This document shows positions 29,373 through 40,919 of a stretch of 64,000 bases of DNA, piece by piece. Within the stretch, counting starts at the first letter, position 1. Every line of letters begins with the position of its first letter. Position numbers and translations under genes: made by a program. The notes under the pieces were generated by a model. The model searched no databases and was not told the DNA's origin. It worked only from the letters and a program-made list of their open reading frames with translations. Source of the DNA: Candidatus Zixiibacteriota bacterium (GTDB taxonomy: Bacteria > RBG-13-66-14 > B26-G2 > WVWN01); NCBI GenBank assembly GCA_050117845.1, contig JASFLY010000001.1, forward strand, positions 128,001 through 192,000. Reading direction: 5' to 3'.

Positions 29373-31040
29373 ATGTTCGACGAAAAAGAACTCGAGAAGA
29401 TTGCGAAGGCCCGGGCGGAGTGGGACGAGAAAGCCGGGTCATGCCGCCAGCGCGACGACCTCTTCGAGACCGTTAGCGGCCGGCCCGTCGGCCCGCTCTA
29501 CACCGCGGCGGACGTGGCCGGCCTCGACGTCGAAAACGAGGTCGGCTTCCCCGGGGAGTACCCGTTCACCCGCGGCGTCCAGACCAACATGTACCGCGGC
29601 CGCCTGTGGACCATGCGCCAGTTCTCCGGCTTCGGCTCCGCCGAGGACACCAACGCCCGCTACAAGTACCTGTTGAGCCACGGCCAGACGGGCCTCTCCG
29701 TCGCCTTCGACCTCCCCACCATCATGGGCCGCGACTCCGACCACCCCTATTCCAAGGGCGAGGTCGGCAAGTGCGGCGTCGCCATCTCGTCGCTGGCCGA
29801 CATGGAGGTCCTCTTCAACGGCATCCCGCTCGATCAGGTCTCCACGTCGATGACGATAAACGCGCCGGCGGCGCTGCTCCTCGCGTACTACGTCGCCGTC
29901 GGCGAGAAGCAGGGCGTGGACTCCAAGGTCCTGCGGGGCACCATCCAGAACGACATCCTCAAGGAATACATCGCCCAGAAGACGTGGATATACCCGCCCG
30001 CGCCGTCGATGCGGATAATCACCGACATCATGGCCTACTGCGCCGACCACGTCCCCAAGTGGAACACCATCTCCATCTCGGGTTACCACATCCGGGAGGC
30101 CGGCTCGACCGCGGGGCAGGAACTCGCGTTCACGCTGGCGGACGGCTTCGCCTACGTCGAGGCCGGCATCGCCGCGGGGATGGACGTGGATACCTTCGCG
30201 CCGCGCCTCTCCCACTTCTTCAACGCGCACCTGGACTTCTTCGAGGAGATCGCCAAGTACCGGGCGGCCCGGCGCATCTGGGCCAAGCGGATGAAGAACA
30301 AGTATAAGGCCCGCGACCCGCGCTCGTGGCTCATGCGTTTCCACACGCAGACGGCGGGATGCAGCCTCACGGCCCAACAGCCCGAGAACAACATCGTCCG
30401 GACGGCCATCGAGGGGTTGGCGGGCGTCATGGGCGGAACGCAGTCGCTCCACACCAACTCCATGGATGAGACGCTGGCGCTGCCCTCCGAGAAGGCGGTC
30501 CTCATCGCCCTCCGCACGCAGCAGATTATCGCGTACGAGTCGGGCGTCGCCAACACCATAGACCCGCTGGCGGGGTCCTATTACGTCGAGCACCTGACGG
30601 ACGAGCTCGAGCGCGAGGCCGAGGAATACTTCGACAAGATAGAGGCACTGGGGGGAGTACTCGCGGCCATCGACAAGGGCTTCTTCCAGAAGGAAATCGC
30701 CGACGCGGCCTACGCCTACCAGAAGAAGATAGAGGACGGCACGCGCATCGTCGTCGGCGTCAACGAGTTCGAGCTCGAGAACGAGAAGATAGAGATTGAC
30801 GTGCTGAAGGTAAACCCGGCGGTCGAGAAGCACCAGAAGAAGCGGCTGGCCAAGGTCCGGGCCGAGCGGCCGCAGAAGGACTGCGAAGCGGCGCTCGCCG
30901 GCCTGCGGCAGGCCGCCCGGGACGGCACGAACTTAATGCCCCATTTCCTCGCCTGCGCCCGGTCGTACGCGTCGCTGGGCGAAACGCTGGACGTTCTGCG
31001 CGAGGAGTTCGGCGAGTACAGAGAACCGCCGATGTTCTAG
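29373..31040 (+). CDS. icmA: B12-dependent acyl-CoA mutase large subunit, isobutyryl-CoA mutase type
   Basis: [10 protein letters not shown] (Phe at the MCM Tyr89 position) and ILKEYIAQK (Gln at the MCM Arg207 position). Confidence 0.85.
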   Translation: MFDEKELEKIAKARAEWDEKAGSCRQRDDLFETVSGRPVGPLYTAADVAGLDVENEVGFPGEYPFTRGVQTNMYRGRLWTMRQFSGFGSAEDTNARYKYLLSHGQTGLSVAFDLPTIMGRDSDHPYSKGEVGKCGVAISSLADMEVLFNGIPLDQVSTSMTINAPAALLLAYYVAVGEKQGVDSKVLRGTIQNDILKEYIAQKTWIYPPAPSMRIITDIMAYCADHVPKWNTISISGYHIREAGSTAGQELAFTLADGFAYVEAGIAAGMDVDTFAPRLSHFFNAHLDFFEEIAKYRAARRIWAKRMKNKYKARDPRSWLMRFHTQTAGCSLTAQQPENNIVRTAIEGLAGVMGGTQSLHTNSMDETLALPSEKAVLIALRTQQIIAYESGVANTIDPLAGSYYVEHLTDELEREAEEYFDKIEALGGVLAAIDKGFFQKEIADAAYAYQKKIEDGTRIVVGVNEFELENEKIEIDVLKVNPAVEKHQKKRLAKVRAERPQKDCEAALAGLRQAARDGTNLMPHFLACARSYASLGETLDVLREEFGEYREPPMF

Positions 31041-31073
31041 CGGCCCGGCCGCTACGAACCTGCGAGGTGGCAT

Positions 31074-31478
31074 ATGGCTGAAAGAAGGATTAGAGTTTTA
31101 GTCGCGAAGCCGGGCCTGGACGGCCACGACCGCGGCGCCAAGGTCGTCGCCCGGGCGCTCCGCGACGCCGGCATGGAGGTCATCTACACCGGCCTACACC
31201 AGACGCCGGAGGCCATCGTGGAGGCGGCCCTGCAGGAGGACGTGGACGTAATCGGCCTGTCCATCCTCTCGGGCGCCCACATGACGATGTTCCCCCGGGT
31301 CCTGGAGCTTCTGCGCGAGAAGGGCGCCGAGCACATCATCGTCACCGGCGGCGGCATCCTCCCCGACGACGACATTACCGAACTCAAGAAACGAGGCGTC
31401 GGCCGCCTCTTCACGCCGGGCGCGCCGACCGACGAGATAGTCGAATACCTCCGGGAAGCGGTGGCCTCGGACAACTGA
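31074..31478 (+). CDS. Acyl-CoA mutase small, cobalamin-binding subunit
   Basis: [12 protein letters not shown] (DxHxxG), SILSGAH, GGG. Confidence 0.95.
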   Translation: MAERRIRVLVAKPGLDGHDRGAKVVARALRDAGMEVIYTGLHQTPEAIVEAALQEDVDVIGLSILSGAHMTMFPRVLELLREKGAEHIIVTGGGILPDDDITELKKRGVGRLFTPGAPTDEIVEYLREAVASDN

Positions 31479-31502
31479 GTAGCCGCCGGGCGAAAGGGGC
31501 CT

Positions 31503-33053
31503 ATGGCCAACGACGAACTCTACGAACGCTTGGTTAAAATACGGGCCCGGACGCGGGAGGGCGGCGGGCCGGAGCGCATCCAGAAGCAGCACGACGCCGG
31601 CAAACTCACCGCCCGGGAACGGCTCGACATCCTCCTCGACGAGGGGACCTTTCGCGAACTCGACGCCACGGTCGTGCACCGCTGCCACGACTTCGGCATG
31701 GAGGAGAAGCGCGTCCCCGGCGACGCGGTCGTAACGGGCTACGGCCAGGTCAACGGCCGCCTCACCTTCGTCTTCGCCCAGGACTTCACGTCCTTCGGCG
31801 GGACCCTCTCCAAGACCCACGGCGAGAAGATCTGCAAGATATGCGACCACGCCCTGCGCGTGGGCGCTCCCATCGTGGGCCTCAACGATTCCGGCGGCGC
31901 GCGCATCCAGGACGGCGTCGACTCGCTGGCCGGCTACTCCGACTTCTTCCTGCGAAACGCCTTGGCCTCGGGCGTCGTCCCGCAGATAGCGGCGGTGATG
32001 GGCCCCTGCGCCGGCGGCGCGGTCTACTCCCCGGCGGTCATGGACTTTACGTTCATGGTCAAGGGCAGTTCGTACATGTTCCTCACCGGCCCCGACGTCA
32101 TCAAGACCGTGATGAACGAGGAGGTCACGTTCGAGGACCTGGGCGGCGCGGACGTCCACGCCTCCAAGTCCGGCTGCTGTCACGTCGTCGCGCTGAACGA
32201 GGTGGAGTGTTTAACCGAAATCCGGCGGCTGTTGTCCTTCCTGCCGCAGAACAACCTGGAGGACCCGCCGCTCGTGGACACTGGCGACGACCCCGGCCGG
32301 GCCGACCCGGAACTGGATACCTTACTCCCCGACTCGCCCAACAAACCCTACGACATGAAGGACGTCATCCGGCGCATCGTCGACAACGGCGACTTCTTCG
32401 AGATCCACCGCGACTTCGCGCCCAACATGATCTGCGGCTTCGCCCGCATGGCGGGCCGGACCGTGGGCATCAACGCCCATCAGCCGTTGGTACTGGCCGG
32501 CTGTCTGGACATAAACTCGGCCTGCAAGTCCGCCCGCTTCATCCGCTTCTGCGACGCCTTCAACGTCCCCATCCTCACGTTCTCGGACGTCCCCGGCTTC
32601 CTGCCGGGCACGGCGCAGGAATACGGCGGCGTCATCAAGCACGGCGCGATGCTCCTTTACGCCTACGGCGAGGCTACGGCGCCCAAGGTCCACGTCATCG
32701 TCCGCAAGTCGTACGGCGGCGCGTACGCCGTCACCTCCACCAAGCACATGCGCGGCGACACCGTTTACGCCTGGCCCACGGCGCAGATAGCCGTTATGGG
32801 CCCCGAGGGCGCGGTCAACATATTGCACCGGCGGGAACTCGCCGCGGCGAAGGACCCGGCGGCCTTGCGTGAGAAGCTCGTCGCCGAGTTCACCGAGAAA
32901 TTCGCCAACCCTTACGTCGCGGCGGAGCTGGGCTACGTGGACGAGGTCATAATGCCGCGGGAGACGCGGCCTCGTATCATAGACGCCTTGAATATGCTTC
33001 AGAACAAACGCGACGCTAACCCTCCCAAGAAACACGGGAACATCCCCCTTTGA
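31503..33053 (+). CDS. pccB: Acyl-CoA (propionyl-CoA) carboxylase carboxyltransferase beta subunit
   Basis: GKLTARER, DSGGARIQDG, GPCAGGAVYSPA, DVPGFLPG, KKHGNIPL. Confidence 0.92.
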   Translation: MANDELYERLVKIRARTREGGGPERIQKQHDAGKLTARERLDILLDEGTFRELDATVVHRCHDFGMEEKRVPGDAVVTGYGQVNGRLTFVFAQDFTSFGGTLSKTHGEKICKICDHALRVGAPIVGLNDSGGARIQDGVDSLAGYSDFFLRNALASGVVPQIAAVMGPCAGGAVYSPAVMDFTFMVKGSSYMFLTGPDVIKTVMNEEVTFEDLGGADVHASKSGCCHVVALNEVECLTEIRRLLSFLPQNNLEDPPLVDTGDDPGRADPELDTLLPDSPNKPYDMKDVIRRIVDNGDFFEIHRDFAPNMICGFARMAGRTVGINAHQPLVLAGCLDINSACKSARFIRFCDAFNVPILTFSDVPGFLPGTAQEYGGVIKHGAMLLYAYGEATAPKVHVIVRKSYGGAYAVTSTKHMRGDTVYAWPTAQIAVMGPEGAVNILHRRELAAAKDPAALREKLVAEFTEKFANPYVAAELGYVDEVIMPRETRPRIIDALNMLQNKRDANPPKKHGNIPL

Positions 33054-33274
33054 TGGAGCCTATGGGATTCGGAGATGAGTACATGGTGCTGGCAGGCGTA
33101 GGGTTCCTCTTTAATTTCCTCGGCGCGTTGGCGCTGATCGCCGCCGCAGGCGCGGCCCTTTACGCCGCAGTCCAGATTAAAAAGGTTATCCCGGAACTGC
33201 GCAAGCAGACGCGCCTCCTCCAGAAGTTGGCCGGCGAGGAACCAACGCCCGAACCGCCGAAAGAAGACGCGTGA
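33050..33274 (+). CDS. Small single-TM membrane protein
   Basis: 74 aa; overlaps the pccB stop and the next gene's GTG; hydrophobic N-half and Pro/Glu tail. Confidence 0.6.
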   Translation: MMEPMGFGDEYMVLAGVGFLFNFLGALALIAAAGAALYAAVQIKKVIPELRKQTRLLQKLAGEEPTPEPPKEDA

Positions 33275-33840
33275 GCGACGCCCTCGAGATAAACCTGGGG
33301 CCGCTCGAGCCGATGCCGGTCATCCTCGACCTGTGCGCCGGCGGCGAGGGCATAATAGCCCGGGCGTATCCGGGCCGGGTCATCGGCGTGGACCAGCTGT
33401 TGTCCGAGATTAACCAGGCCCGCCTCAAGTGCCCGCCGCGGACGATATTCCTGGTGGGCGACGCCCGGCAGACGAACTTCGTCGACAACACCTTCGAACA
33501 CGTGACCGTCTTCTTCGGCCTGATGTACGTCAAGGGCGGTGAGGCCAAGCGCGCCCTCTTCGCGGAGGCGGCGCGGGTCCTGCGCCCCGGCGGCAGCTTC
33601 CACCTCTGGGGTACGCCGGTCCCGCCGGGCGACGACGTCTTCGGCGTCGCCGTAACGGTAACGCTGCCCGGGGGCGAGGTCGTGCGCACGGGGTACGGCG
33701 TCCGGGGCGAAGGCCGGGAACAGAACCTCGAAACCGTACGGGAATGCGCCGCGGCCGCGGGCCTGGAGGTCCAGGCGGAGGACGACCACGGCGGCTGGTT
33801 CTACGTCCGCTTCACCAAACCCAAGAGCCCGAATGTTTAA
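33271..33840 (+). CDS. Class I SAM-dependent methyltransferase
   Basis: ILDLCAGGEG, GDAR..F.D..F, EAARVLRPGG. Confidence 0.85.
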   Translation: MSDALEINLGPLEPMPVILDLCAGGEGIIARAYPGRVIGVDQLLSEINQARLKCPPRTIFLVGDARQTNFVDNTFEHVTVFFGLMYVKGGEAKRALFAEAARVLRPGGSFHLWGTPVPPGDDVFGVAVTVTLPGGEVVRTGYGVRGEGREQNLETVRECAAAAGLEVQAEDDHGGWFYVRFTKPKSPNV

Positions 33841-35332
33841 AAAGGTACTGGTAGCCAATCGCGGCGAAATCGCCGTTCGCGTAATGCGGGCCTGCCGTGA
33901 ACTGGGCGTCCGCAACGTCGGCGTGTACTCCGAGGCCGACCGGCCGGCGCCCCACGTCCGCTACGCCGACGAGGTCTACCCTATCGGCCCCGCGCCGGCG
34001 AGCGAGTCCTATTTATGTATAGATAAAATCCTGGACGTGGCGCGGCGCTCGGGCGCCGAGGCCATCCACCCGGGCTACGGCTTTTTGGCCGAGAACGCCG
34101 AATTCGCCGCCGCGTGCCGGGACGCCGGCTTCGTCTTCGTCGGCCCGTCGCCCGCGACGATGCAGGCCGTGGGCGACAAGCAGGACGCCCGGGCGACGAT
34201 GGCGGCCGCCGGGATCCCCGTCATCCCCGGCTCGGCCCCGGAGCTCGAGCGCGACGAGGATATCGCGCAAGCGGCCGCCGATATAGGCTGGCCCGTGATG
34301 ATAAAGGCCGCGGCCGGCGGCGGCGGCAAAGGGATGCGCGTCTGCGCCGCGGCCGAGGATTTTCCCGGACTCCTGAAGCAGGCCCGCAGCGAGGCCAAAA
34401 GTTCCTTCGGCGACGACGCCGTCTACGTCGAGAAGTGCGTCGTGGGGCCCCGGCACGTCGAGTTCCAGATAATCGCGGACGCCCACGGCAACGTCGTCCA
34501 CCTCCACGAGCGCGAGTGCTCCATCCAAAGGCGTCACCAGAAGCTCATCGAGGAGTCGCCCTCCCCCGCGCTCGACGACGACCTCCGAGGCCGGATGGCC
34601 GCGGCCGCCGTGAAGGCCGCCCGGGCCGCGGACTACGTCAACGCCGGCACCATAGAGTTCCTGCTGGACGCCGACCGCAACTTCTACTTCCTCGAGGTTA
34701 ACGCCCGGCTACAGGTCGAGCATCCGGTCACGGAACTCGTCACGGCCGTGGACCTGGTGGCGGAACAGCTCCGCGTGGCCGCCGGCGAGCCGCTGTCGTT
34801 TACGCAGGAGGACGTCCGGCCCCGCGGCGCCGCCATCGAGTGCCGCATCTCGGCCGAGGACCCGGCCAACAGCTTCTACCCGGCCACGGGGACGATATCC
34901 CGCCTCCGCCTGCCCTCGGGCCCGGGGATCCGTTTCGACGGCGGCATCGCCCAGGGCTACGAGGTGCCGATTTTCTACGACCCCCTCATCGCCAAACTCA
35001 TCGTCTGGGCGGAAGGCCGGCCTCTCGCCATCGAGCGGATGCGCCGGGCGCTTAACGAGTTCGTCCTGGAGGGCGTCGCGACGACTATTCCGTTCCACCG
35101 TTGGGTGATGGCGTCCCGGGCCTTCCGCGAAGGCGACTTCGACACCTCCTTCGTGGAGCAGGAGTTCCACCCCGAAGCCGCCCGGTCGCAGAGTCTGGAA
35201 CAGGCGTCGGCCGTGCTCTGCACGCTCCTCACCCACTTCCGGGAGCACGCCGCGCCCGCCGGCCCGAGCCGCGACGGCGCGGGGTCCGACCGGTGGCGGC
35301 TGGCCGCTCGGCGGGAGGGGGTGGGCGGCTAA
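33833..35332 (+). CDS. Biotin carboxylase subunit of acyl-CoA carboxylase
   Basis: [56 protein letters not shown]. Confidence 0.96.
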   Translation: MFKKVLVANRGEIAVRVMRACRELGVRNVGVYSEADRPAPHVRYADEVYPIGPAPASESYLCIDKILDVARRSGAEAIHPGYGFLAENAEFAAACRDAGFVFVGPSPATMQAVGDKQDARATMAAAGIPVIPGSAPELERDEDIAQAAADIGWPVMIKAAAGGGGKGMRVCAAAEDFPGLLKQARSEAKSSFGDDAVYVEKCVVGPRHVEFQIIADAHGNVVHLHERECSIQRRHQKLIEESPSPALDDDLRGRMAAAAVKAARAADYVNAGTIEFLLDADRNFYFLEVNARLQVEHPVTELVTAVDLVAEQLRVAAGEPLSFTQEDVRPRGAAIECRISAEDPANSFYPATGTISRLRLPSGPGIRFDGGIAQGYEVPIFYDPLIAKLIVWAEGRPLAIERMRRALNEFVLEGVATTIPFHRWVMASRAFREGDFDTSFVEQEFHPEAARSQSLEQASAVLCTLLTHFREHAAPAGPSRDGAGSDRWRLAARREGVGG

Positions 35333-35841
35333 TGCGCTACTGGACGACCATCGGCGACCGCGAGTACGAACTAACGGTGGAGGGCGAGGGTTCGGCGCTG
35401 GCCGTGACGCTCGACGGCAAGCCGTGCGAACTGGACTACTTCGAAGTGGCCCGGGGCGCGATATACTCGCTCATTCTCGACGGCAACTCGTACGAGCTGT
35501 GGGTGCGCCGCGACGACGGGGGTTTTGTCGTATTCGTCGCCGGCCAGACGCTCAAGGTGGCGGTGGAGGACGAGCGCCAGCGTCGGGTACGCGAACTCAC
35601 CTCCGCGGCCGGCATAGCCGAACACGCCGCGGTGGAGGTCAAGGCGCCGATGCCCGCCGTCGTCCTGGAGGTCATGGTGGCCCCGGGGGACGAGGTCAAG
35701 GCCGGCCAGGGCCTCTGCGTCATCGAGGCCATGAAAATGGAGAACCTGATGCGGTCGCCGCAGGACGGCACCGTTACCGACGTCAAGGTAGAGAAAGGTC
35801 AGGGCGTAAGCCTGAACGACGTGCTGGTAGTAATATCGTGA
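35332..35841 (+). CDS. Biotin carboxyl carrier protein
   Basis: EAMKMEN biotinylation motif; start reassigned to the TAATG overlap at 35332. Confidence 0.93.
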   Translation: MRYWTTIGDREYELTVEGEGSALAVTLDGKPCELDYFEVARGAIYSLILDGNSYELWVRRDDGGFVVFVAGQTLKVAVEDERQRRVRELTSAAGIAEHAAVEVKAPMPAVVLEVMVAPGDEVKAGQGLCVIEAMKMENLMRSPQDGTVTDVKVEKGQGVSLNDVLVVIS

Positions 35842-37451
35842 CGGGCAAATCGGATAAAGAGGGGCCGGCTCCTGTCGTCACCACTTCCGGCGTCGAGATC
35901 AAAACGACGTACGGCCCGGCCGACGGCGCGGTCGATTACGGCCGCGACCTGGGCGACCCGGGCGCTCCGCCCTTCACGCGGGGCGTCTACCCCGACATGT
36001 ACCGGGGCCGGCTGTGGACGCGGCGCCAGTACGCGGGCTATGCCACGGCGGCCGAGACCAACGCCCGGTACCGCTACCTCCTGGCCCAGGGGCAGACGGG
36101 CCTCTCGGTCGCCTTCGACCTCCCCACCCAATGCGGCTACGATTCCGACGCCGAACTCGCCCGGGGCGAGGTGGGCCGGACGGGCGTCGCCATCTCCACG
36201 CCGGCCGACATGGCCGCGCTCTTCGACGGCATCCCATTGGCGGATGTATCCACGTCGATGACGATAAACGCCACGGCGCCGACCTTACTCGCGATGTACG
36301 TCGTCCTGGCCCGGCGGCAGGGGGCAGACCCGGCACAGCTCCGCGGGACCGTCCAGAACGACATCCTCAAGGAGTTCTTCGCCCGCGGCAACTACATCTA
36401 CCCGCCGGCGCCGTCGCTCAGGCTCGCGACCGACCTCATCCGGTACGCCGCGGCCCACATGCCCCGCTGGAACACCATCTCGATTTCGGGGTATCACATC
36501 CGCGAGGCCGGGGCTTCGGCCGCACAGGAGCTGGCCTTCACCTTCGCGGACGCCGTCGCGTACGTGGAGGCGGCGCTGGGCGTGGGCCTGGCGGTGGACG
36601 ACTTCGCGCCGCGGCTCAGCTTCTTCTTCGGCGCGCATAACAATTTATTGGAAGAGGTGGCGAAGTTCCGGGCGGCCCGGCGGATATGGAGCCGCCTCAT
36701 GGCCGAGCGTTTCGGCGCCCGGGACCCGCGCTCGCTGATGCTTCGTTTCCACACGCAGACGGCGGGCTGTACGTTGACGGCGCAGGAGCCGGAAAACAAC
36801 GTCGTCCGCGTCGCCTTGCAGGCGCTGGCCGCCGTACTGGGCGGAACGCAGTCCTTGCACACCAACTCCCGCGACGAGGCGCTGGCGTTGCCGTCGGAGG
36901 AGTCGGCGCTCATCGCGCTCCGTACCCAGCAGATAATCGCCCACGAGAGCGGCGCCGCCGACACCGCGGACCCGCTCGGCGGTTCGTATTACGTGGAGGC
37001 GATGACGAGCGACCTCGAGGCCCGGGTGGACGAATACCTCCGCGAGGTCGACCGGCGGGGTGGCGCGCTCAAAGCGGTCGAGACGGGATACTTCGCCGAG
37101 GAAATTGCGTCCAGCGCGTACGAGTATCAGAAGGACATAGAACGCAAGCGGCGCATCGTCGTCTCGGTCAACGAGTACGTCACCGGCGCGGCGGCCCCCT
37201 TCCAGACGCTCAAGGTGGACCCGACGCTCGAGGAAACCAGGGTGGCCGAACTAGCGGTGTACCGCGAGGGGCGCGACCGGCCCGAGTGGGAAGACGGGAT
37301 GGCGGCCTTGCGCGAGGCCGCGGCCGAGGACGGCGCGCCCTTGATGGAACCGACTATAACGGCGGTGGAGGCCGGCGCCACGGTGGGCGAGGTCTCGGAC
37401 GCCCTGCGGGCCGTTTTCGGCGAGTACGACAAGGTCAAAGGAGGATGCTAG
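35838..37451 (+). CDS. Methylmalonyl-CoA mutase large (substrate-binding) subunit
   Basis: WTRRQYAGY (Tyr89 equivalent) and ILKEFFARG (Arg207 equivalent); GTGA overlap start at 35838. Confidence 0.9.
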   Translation: MTGKSDKEGPAPVVTTSGVEIKTTYGPADGAVDYGRDLGDPGAPPFTRGVYPDMYRGRLWTRRQYAGYATAAETNARYRYLLAQGQTGLSVAFDLPTQCGYDSDAELARGEVGRTGVAISTPADMAALFDGIPLADVSTSMTINATAPTLLAMYVVLARRQGADPAQLRGTVQNDILKEFFARGNYIYPPAPSLRLATDLIRYAAAHMPRWNTISISGYHIREAGASAAQELAFTFADAVAYVEAALGVGLAVDDFAPRLSFFFGAHNNLLEEVAKFRAARRIWSRLMAERFGARDPRSLMLRFHTQTAGCTLTAQEPENNVVRVALQALAAVLGGTQSLHTNSRDEALALPSEESALIALRTQQIIAHESGAADTADPLGGSYYVEAMTSDLEARVDEYLREVDRRGGALKAVETGYFAEEIASSAYEYQKDIERKRRIVVSVNEYVTGAAAPFQTLKVDPTLEETRVAELAVYREGRDRPEWEDGMAALREAAAEDGAPLMEPTITAVEAGATVGEVSDALRAVFGEYDKVKGGC

Positions 37452-37452
37452 G

Positions 37453-37857
37453 ATGGCGGGCGCGAAGCTGGACCACGTCGGCGTCGCCGTCGAGAGCATA
37501 TCGGCCGCGCGCAAACTCTACGAGGCCGGCCTGGGCCTGCCGCTCGGCGGCGAGGAGGTCCTGGAGGACAAGGGCCTGTCGCTCGCCTTCTTCGAAGCGG
37601 GCGGCGGCGTAAAGATAGAACTGCTGGAGGGCCGGGGCGACGACCCGATATCCAAGTTCATAGCTGGGAAGGGGCCGGGGATTCATCATATATGCTTTCG
37701 CGTGGACGACATCGACGAGGCGGTAGCGACGCTTCGTCGGGACGGGTACGAGTTCCTCACCCAGGAGCCGTACGCCGGCGCCGAGGGCTCCCGGGTTATT
37801 TTTATGAAACCGGCGAGCGGCCTCGGCGTCCTGATAGAGTTAATACAGGAGGCGTAA
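37453..37857 (+). CDS. mce: Methylmalonyl-CoA epimerase
   Basis: LDHVGVAV, IELLE, GPGIHHICFRVDD, GVLIEL; operon context. Confidence 0.93.
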   Translation: MAGAKLDHVGVAVESISAARKLYEAGLGLPLGGEEVLEDKGLSLAFFEAGGGVKIELLEGRGDDPISKFIAGKGPGIHHICFRVDDIDEAVATLRRDGYEFLTQEPYAGAEGSRVIFMKPASGLGVLIELIQEA

Positions 37858-37898
37858 CACCGGCGGTACGTTAACGCCCAAACCGCAGGGGAGACGAT

Positions 37899-38663
37899 AT
37901 GGCATTCGTAAACGTTACCAAAGAGGGCGCGGTCGCGACTATTACCATCGACCGGCCCGACGCGCTCAACGCGCTCAACGAACAGGTCTTCGCCGAGCTC
38001 GAGAAAGCCATAACCGAACTCGACGCCGATAAGGGAGTGCTCGTCGTCGTCGTAACCGGCGAGGGCAAGGCGTTCGTCGCCGGGGCGGACATCGCCGCGA
38101 TGGTCGACATGGACGGCCCGCAGGGCAAGGCGTTCGCCGAGATAGGCCACCGCGTGTTCGGAATGCTGGAGCGCGCGCACTTCATTACCATCGCCGCCAT
38201 AAACGGCTTCGCGCTCGGCGGCGGCCTGGAGTTCGCGCAGGCCTGCGACCTGCGTTTCGCCTCGACCAAGGCGAAGCTGGGCCAGCCGGAAGTCAACCTG
38301 GGCGTCACCCCCGGCTTCGGCGGAACGCAACGCCTACCCAAGATCGTCGGCCCCGCGCGCGCGCTGTACCTGCTGGCGACCGGCGACATGGTAGACGCGG
38401 CGACGGCGCAAAGCATGGGCCTCGTGAACGACGTTTACGAACCCGACGAGCTGATGCCCAAGGTCAAAGAGATAGCGGCGACGATTGCGAGCAGGGGGCC
38501 GCTGTCGCTCGCGATGGTCAAGAAGGCCGTGTACGAGGGCCTGCACCTGTCGGTTGAGGAAGGATGCAAGATAGAGGCCGAGGTCTTCGGCGAATGCTTC
38601 GCCAGCGGCCAAACCGCCGAAGGGATGAAAGCGTTTTTGGAAAAGCGTCCGCCGAAATGGTAA
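37899..38663 (+). CDS. crt: Enoyl-CoA hydratase (crotonase)
   Basis: AFVAGADI, NGFALGGGLE, GQPEVNLG..PGFGGTQRL. Confidence 0.92.
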   Translation: MAFVNVTKEGAVATITIDRPDALNALNEQVFAELEKAITELDADKGVLVVVVTGEGKAFVAGADIAAMVDMDGPQGKAFAEIGHRVFGMLERAHFITIAAINGFALGGGLEFAQACDLRFASTKAKLGQPEVNLGVTPGFGGTQRLPKIVGPARALYLLATGDMVDAATAQSMGLVNDVYEPDELMPKVKEIAATIASRGPLSLAMVKKAVYEGLHLSVEEGCKIEAEVFGECFASGQTAEGMKAFLEKRPPKW

Positions 38664-38698
38664 CCGGGCGCCTTGACACCTAATTTAAGGAGGTCGGA

Positions 38699-39877
38699 AT
38701 GGCAAACGAGATCGTACTAGCGGGCGCGTGCCGGACCGCGATAGGCCGCTTCCTCGGGGCGCTGACCCGGGTCCCGGCGTGGCAACTGGGCGGAGCGGCC
38801 ATTAAGGGCGCCGTCGAGCGCTCCGGAATAAAACCGGAACAGGTGGACGAAGTAATAATGGGCAACGTCGTATCCGCGGGGATGGGCCAGGCGCCGGCGC
38901 GTCAGGCGGCCATCGCCGGGGGCCTGCCGCCCACGGTCAACTGCGTTACGATAAATAAGGTTTGCGGTTCGGGGACGAAGGCCGTCTCGATGGCGGCTCA
39001 GGCCATAAAGGCGGGCGACGAGGAAATAGTAATCGCCGGCGGCCTGGAGTCTATGTCCTGCGTCCCGTTCTACTTCTTCAAGGGGCGGAGCGGCCAGAAG
39101 ATGGGCAACATGGAACTCACCGACGGCGTCATTCACGACGGCCTGTGGTGCGCTTTCGAGGACCAGCATATGGGTTGCCTGGGCGACTTCACCGCCGCGA
39201 ACTCCGGCATCACCCGGGAAGAGCAGGACGAGTGGGCGGCGAACAGCCAGGCCAAGGCCCTCAAGGCGATAGCCGACGGCAAGTTCAAGGCCGAAATCGT
39301 GCCGTTCGAGATTCCCCAGCGCAAGGGCGACCCCATCCTCTTCGACACCGACGAGGGCCCCCGCGAAACGACGGCCGAGAAACTGGCCAGGCTCAGGCCG
39401 GCGTTCGGCAAGGAAGGTACGATTACGCCGGGCAACGCGCCGGGCCTCAACGACGGCGCGGCCGCGATGGCGGTCATGACCGCCGAAAAGGCCGCGGAGC
39501 TGGGCGTCACGCCGGACGCGACCGTCGTCGGTTACGCCTCGGCGCACGTCGAGCCCAAGATGCTATTCTACGCGCCGGTCGAGGCCGTTAAGAAGCTCAT
39601 GGCCAAGACGGGCGAGTCCATCGGCGACTATGACCTTATAGAGATAAACGAGGCCTTCAGCGCCCAGGTTCTGGCCGACGGCAAGGAACTCGGCTGGGAC
39701 TGGGACCGCGTCAACGTGAACGGCGGCGCGGTGGCGCTGGGCCACCCCATCGGCGCCTCGGGCGCGCGCATCCTGGTAACGCTCATCCACGCGCTCAAGG
39801 ACCGGGGCCTCAAACGCGGCCTGGCGACGGCCTGCCTCGGCGGCGGCGGCGCGGTCGCGATGAGCATAACCATATAA
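38699..39877 (+). CDS. Acetyl-CoA acetyltransferase (thiolase)
   Basis: [26 protein letters not shown]. Confidence 0.96.
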   Translation: MANEIVLAGACRTAIGRFLGALTRVPAWQLGGAAIKGAVERSGIKPEQVDEVIMGNVVSAGMGQAPARQAAIAGGLPPTVNCVTINKVCGSGTKAVSMAAQAIKAGDEEIVIAGGLESMSCVPFYFFKGRSGQKMGNMELTDGVIHDGLWCAFEDQHMGCLGDFTAANSGITREEQDEWAANSQAKALKAIADGKFKAEIVPFEIPQRKGDPILFDTDEGPRETTAEKLARLRPAFGKEGTITPGNAPGLNDGAAAMAVMTAEKAAELGVTPDATVVGYASAHVEPKMLFYAPVEAVKKLMAKTGESIGDYDLIEINEAFSAQVLADGKELGWDWDRVNVNGGAVALGHPIGASGARILVTLIHALKDRGLKRGLATACLGGGGAVAMSITI

Positions 39878-39909
39878 CGACCCCTCAACCCGATGCCCGG
39901 GAGGTTATC

Positions 39910-40732
<823 letters not shown>

Positions 40733-40761
<29 letters not shown>

Positions 40762-40833
40762 GGCGAGGTAAGGGCGTACAGCTGTACGCCCCTACAGTTA
40801 ACGGTAAAAAACCCCGGCCGCGAGGCCGGGGTT
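40733..40833 (+). repeat. 101-bp direct repeat, copy 1 (hbd 3' end + REP-like palindrome + terminator)
   Basis: One mismatch versus 42636-42736; contains the perfect palindrome GGGCGTACAGCTGTACGCCC followed by CTAC. Confidence 0.95.
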
Positions 40834-40836
40834 TTT
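40806..40836. terminator. Bidirectional intrinsic terminator after hbd
   Basis: AAAAAACCCCGGCC-GCGA-GGCCGGGGTTTTT. Confidence 0.85.
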
Positions 40837-40837
40837 C

Positions 40838-40866
40838 TTGCGGCCGGCCGCGCGAAACCATATTAT
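40838..40866 (+). promoter_or_regulatory. Putative sigma70 promoter of the YD-repeat gene
   Basis: TTGCGG-17 nt-TATTAT. Confidence 0.45.
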
Positions 40867-40919
40867 TAACGAAAGACTCACGGAGGAGCTTCGACCCAAT
40901 CGAACCGGGAGGAACACGA

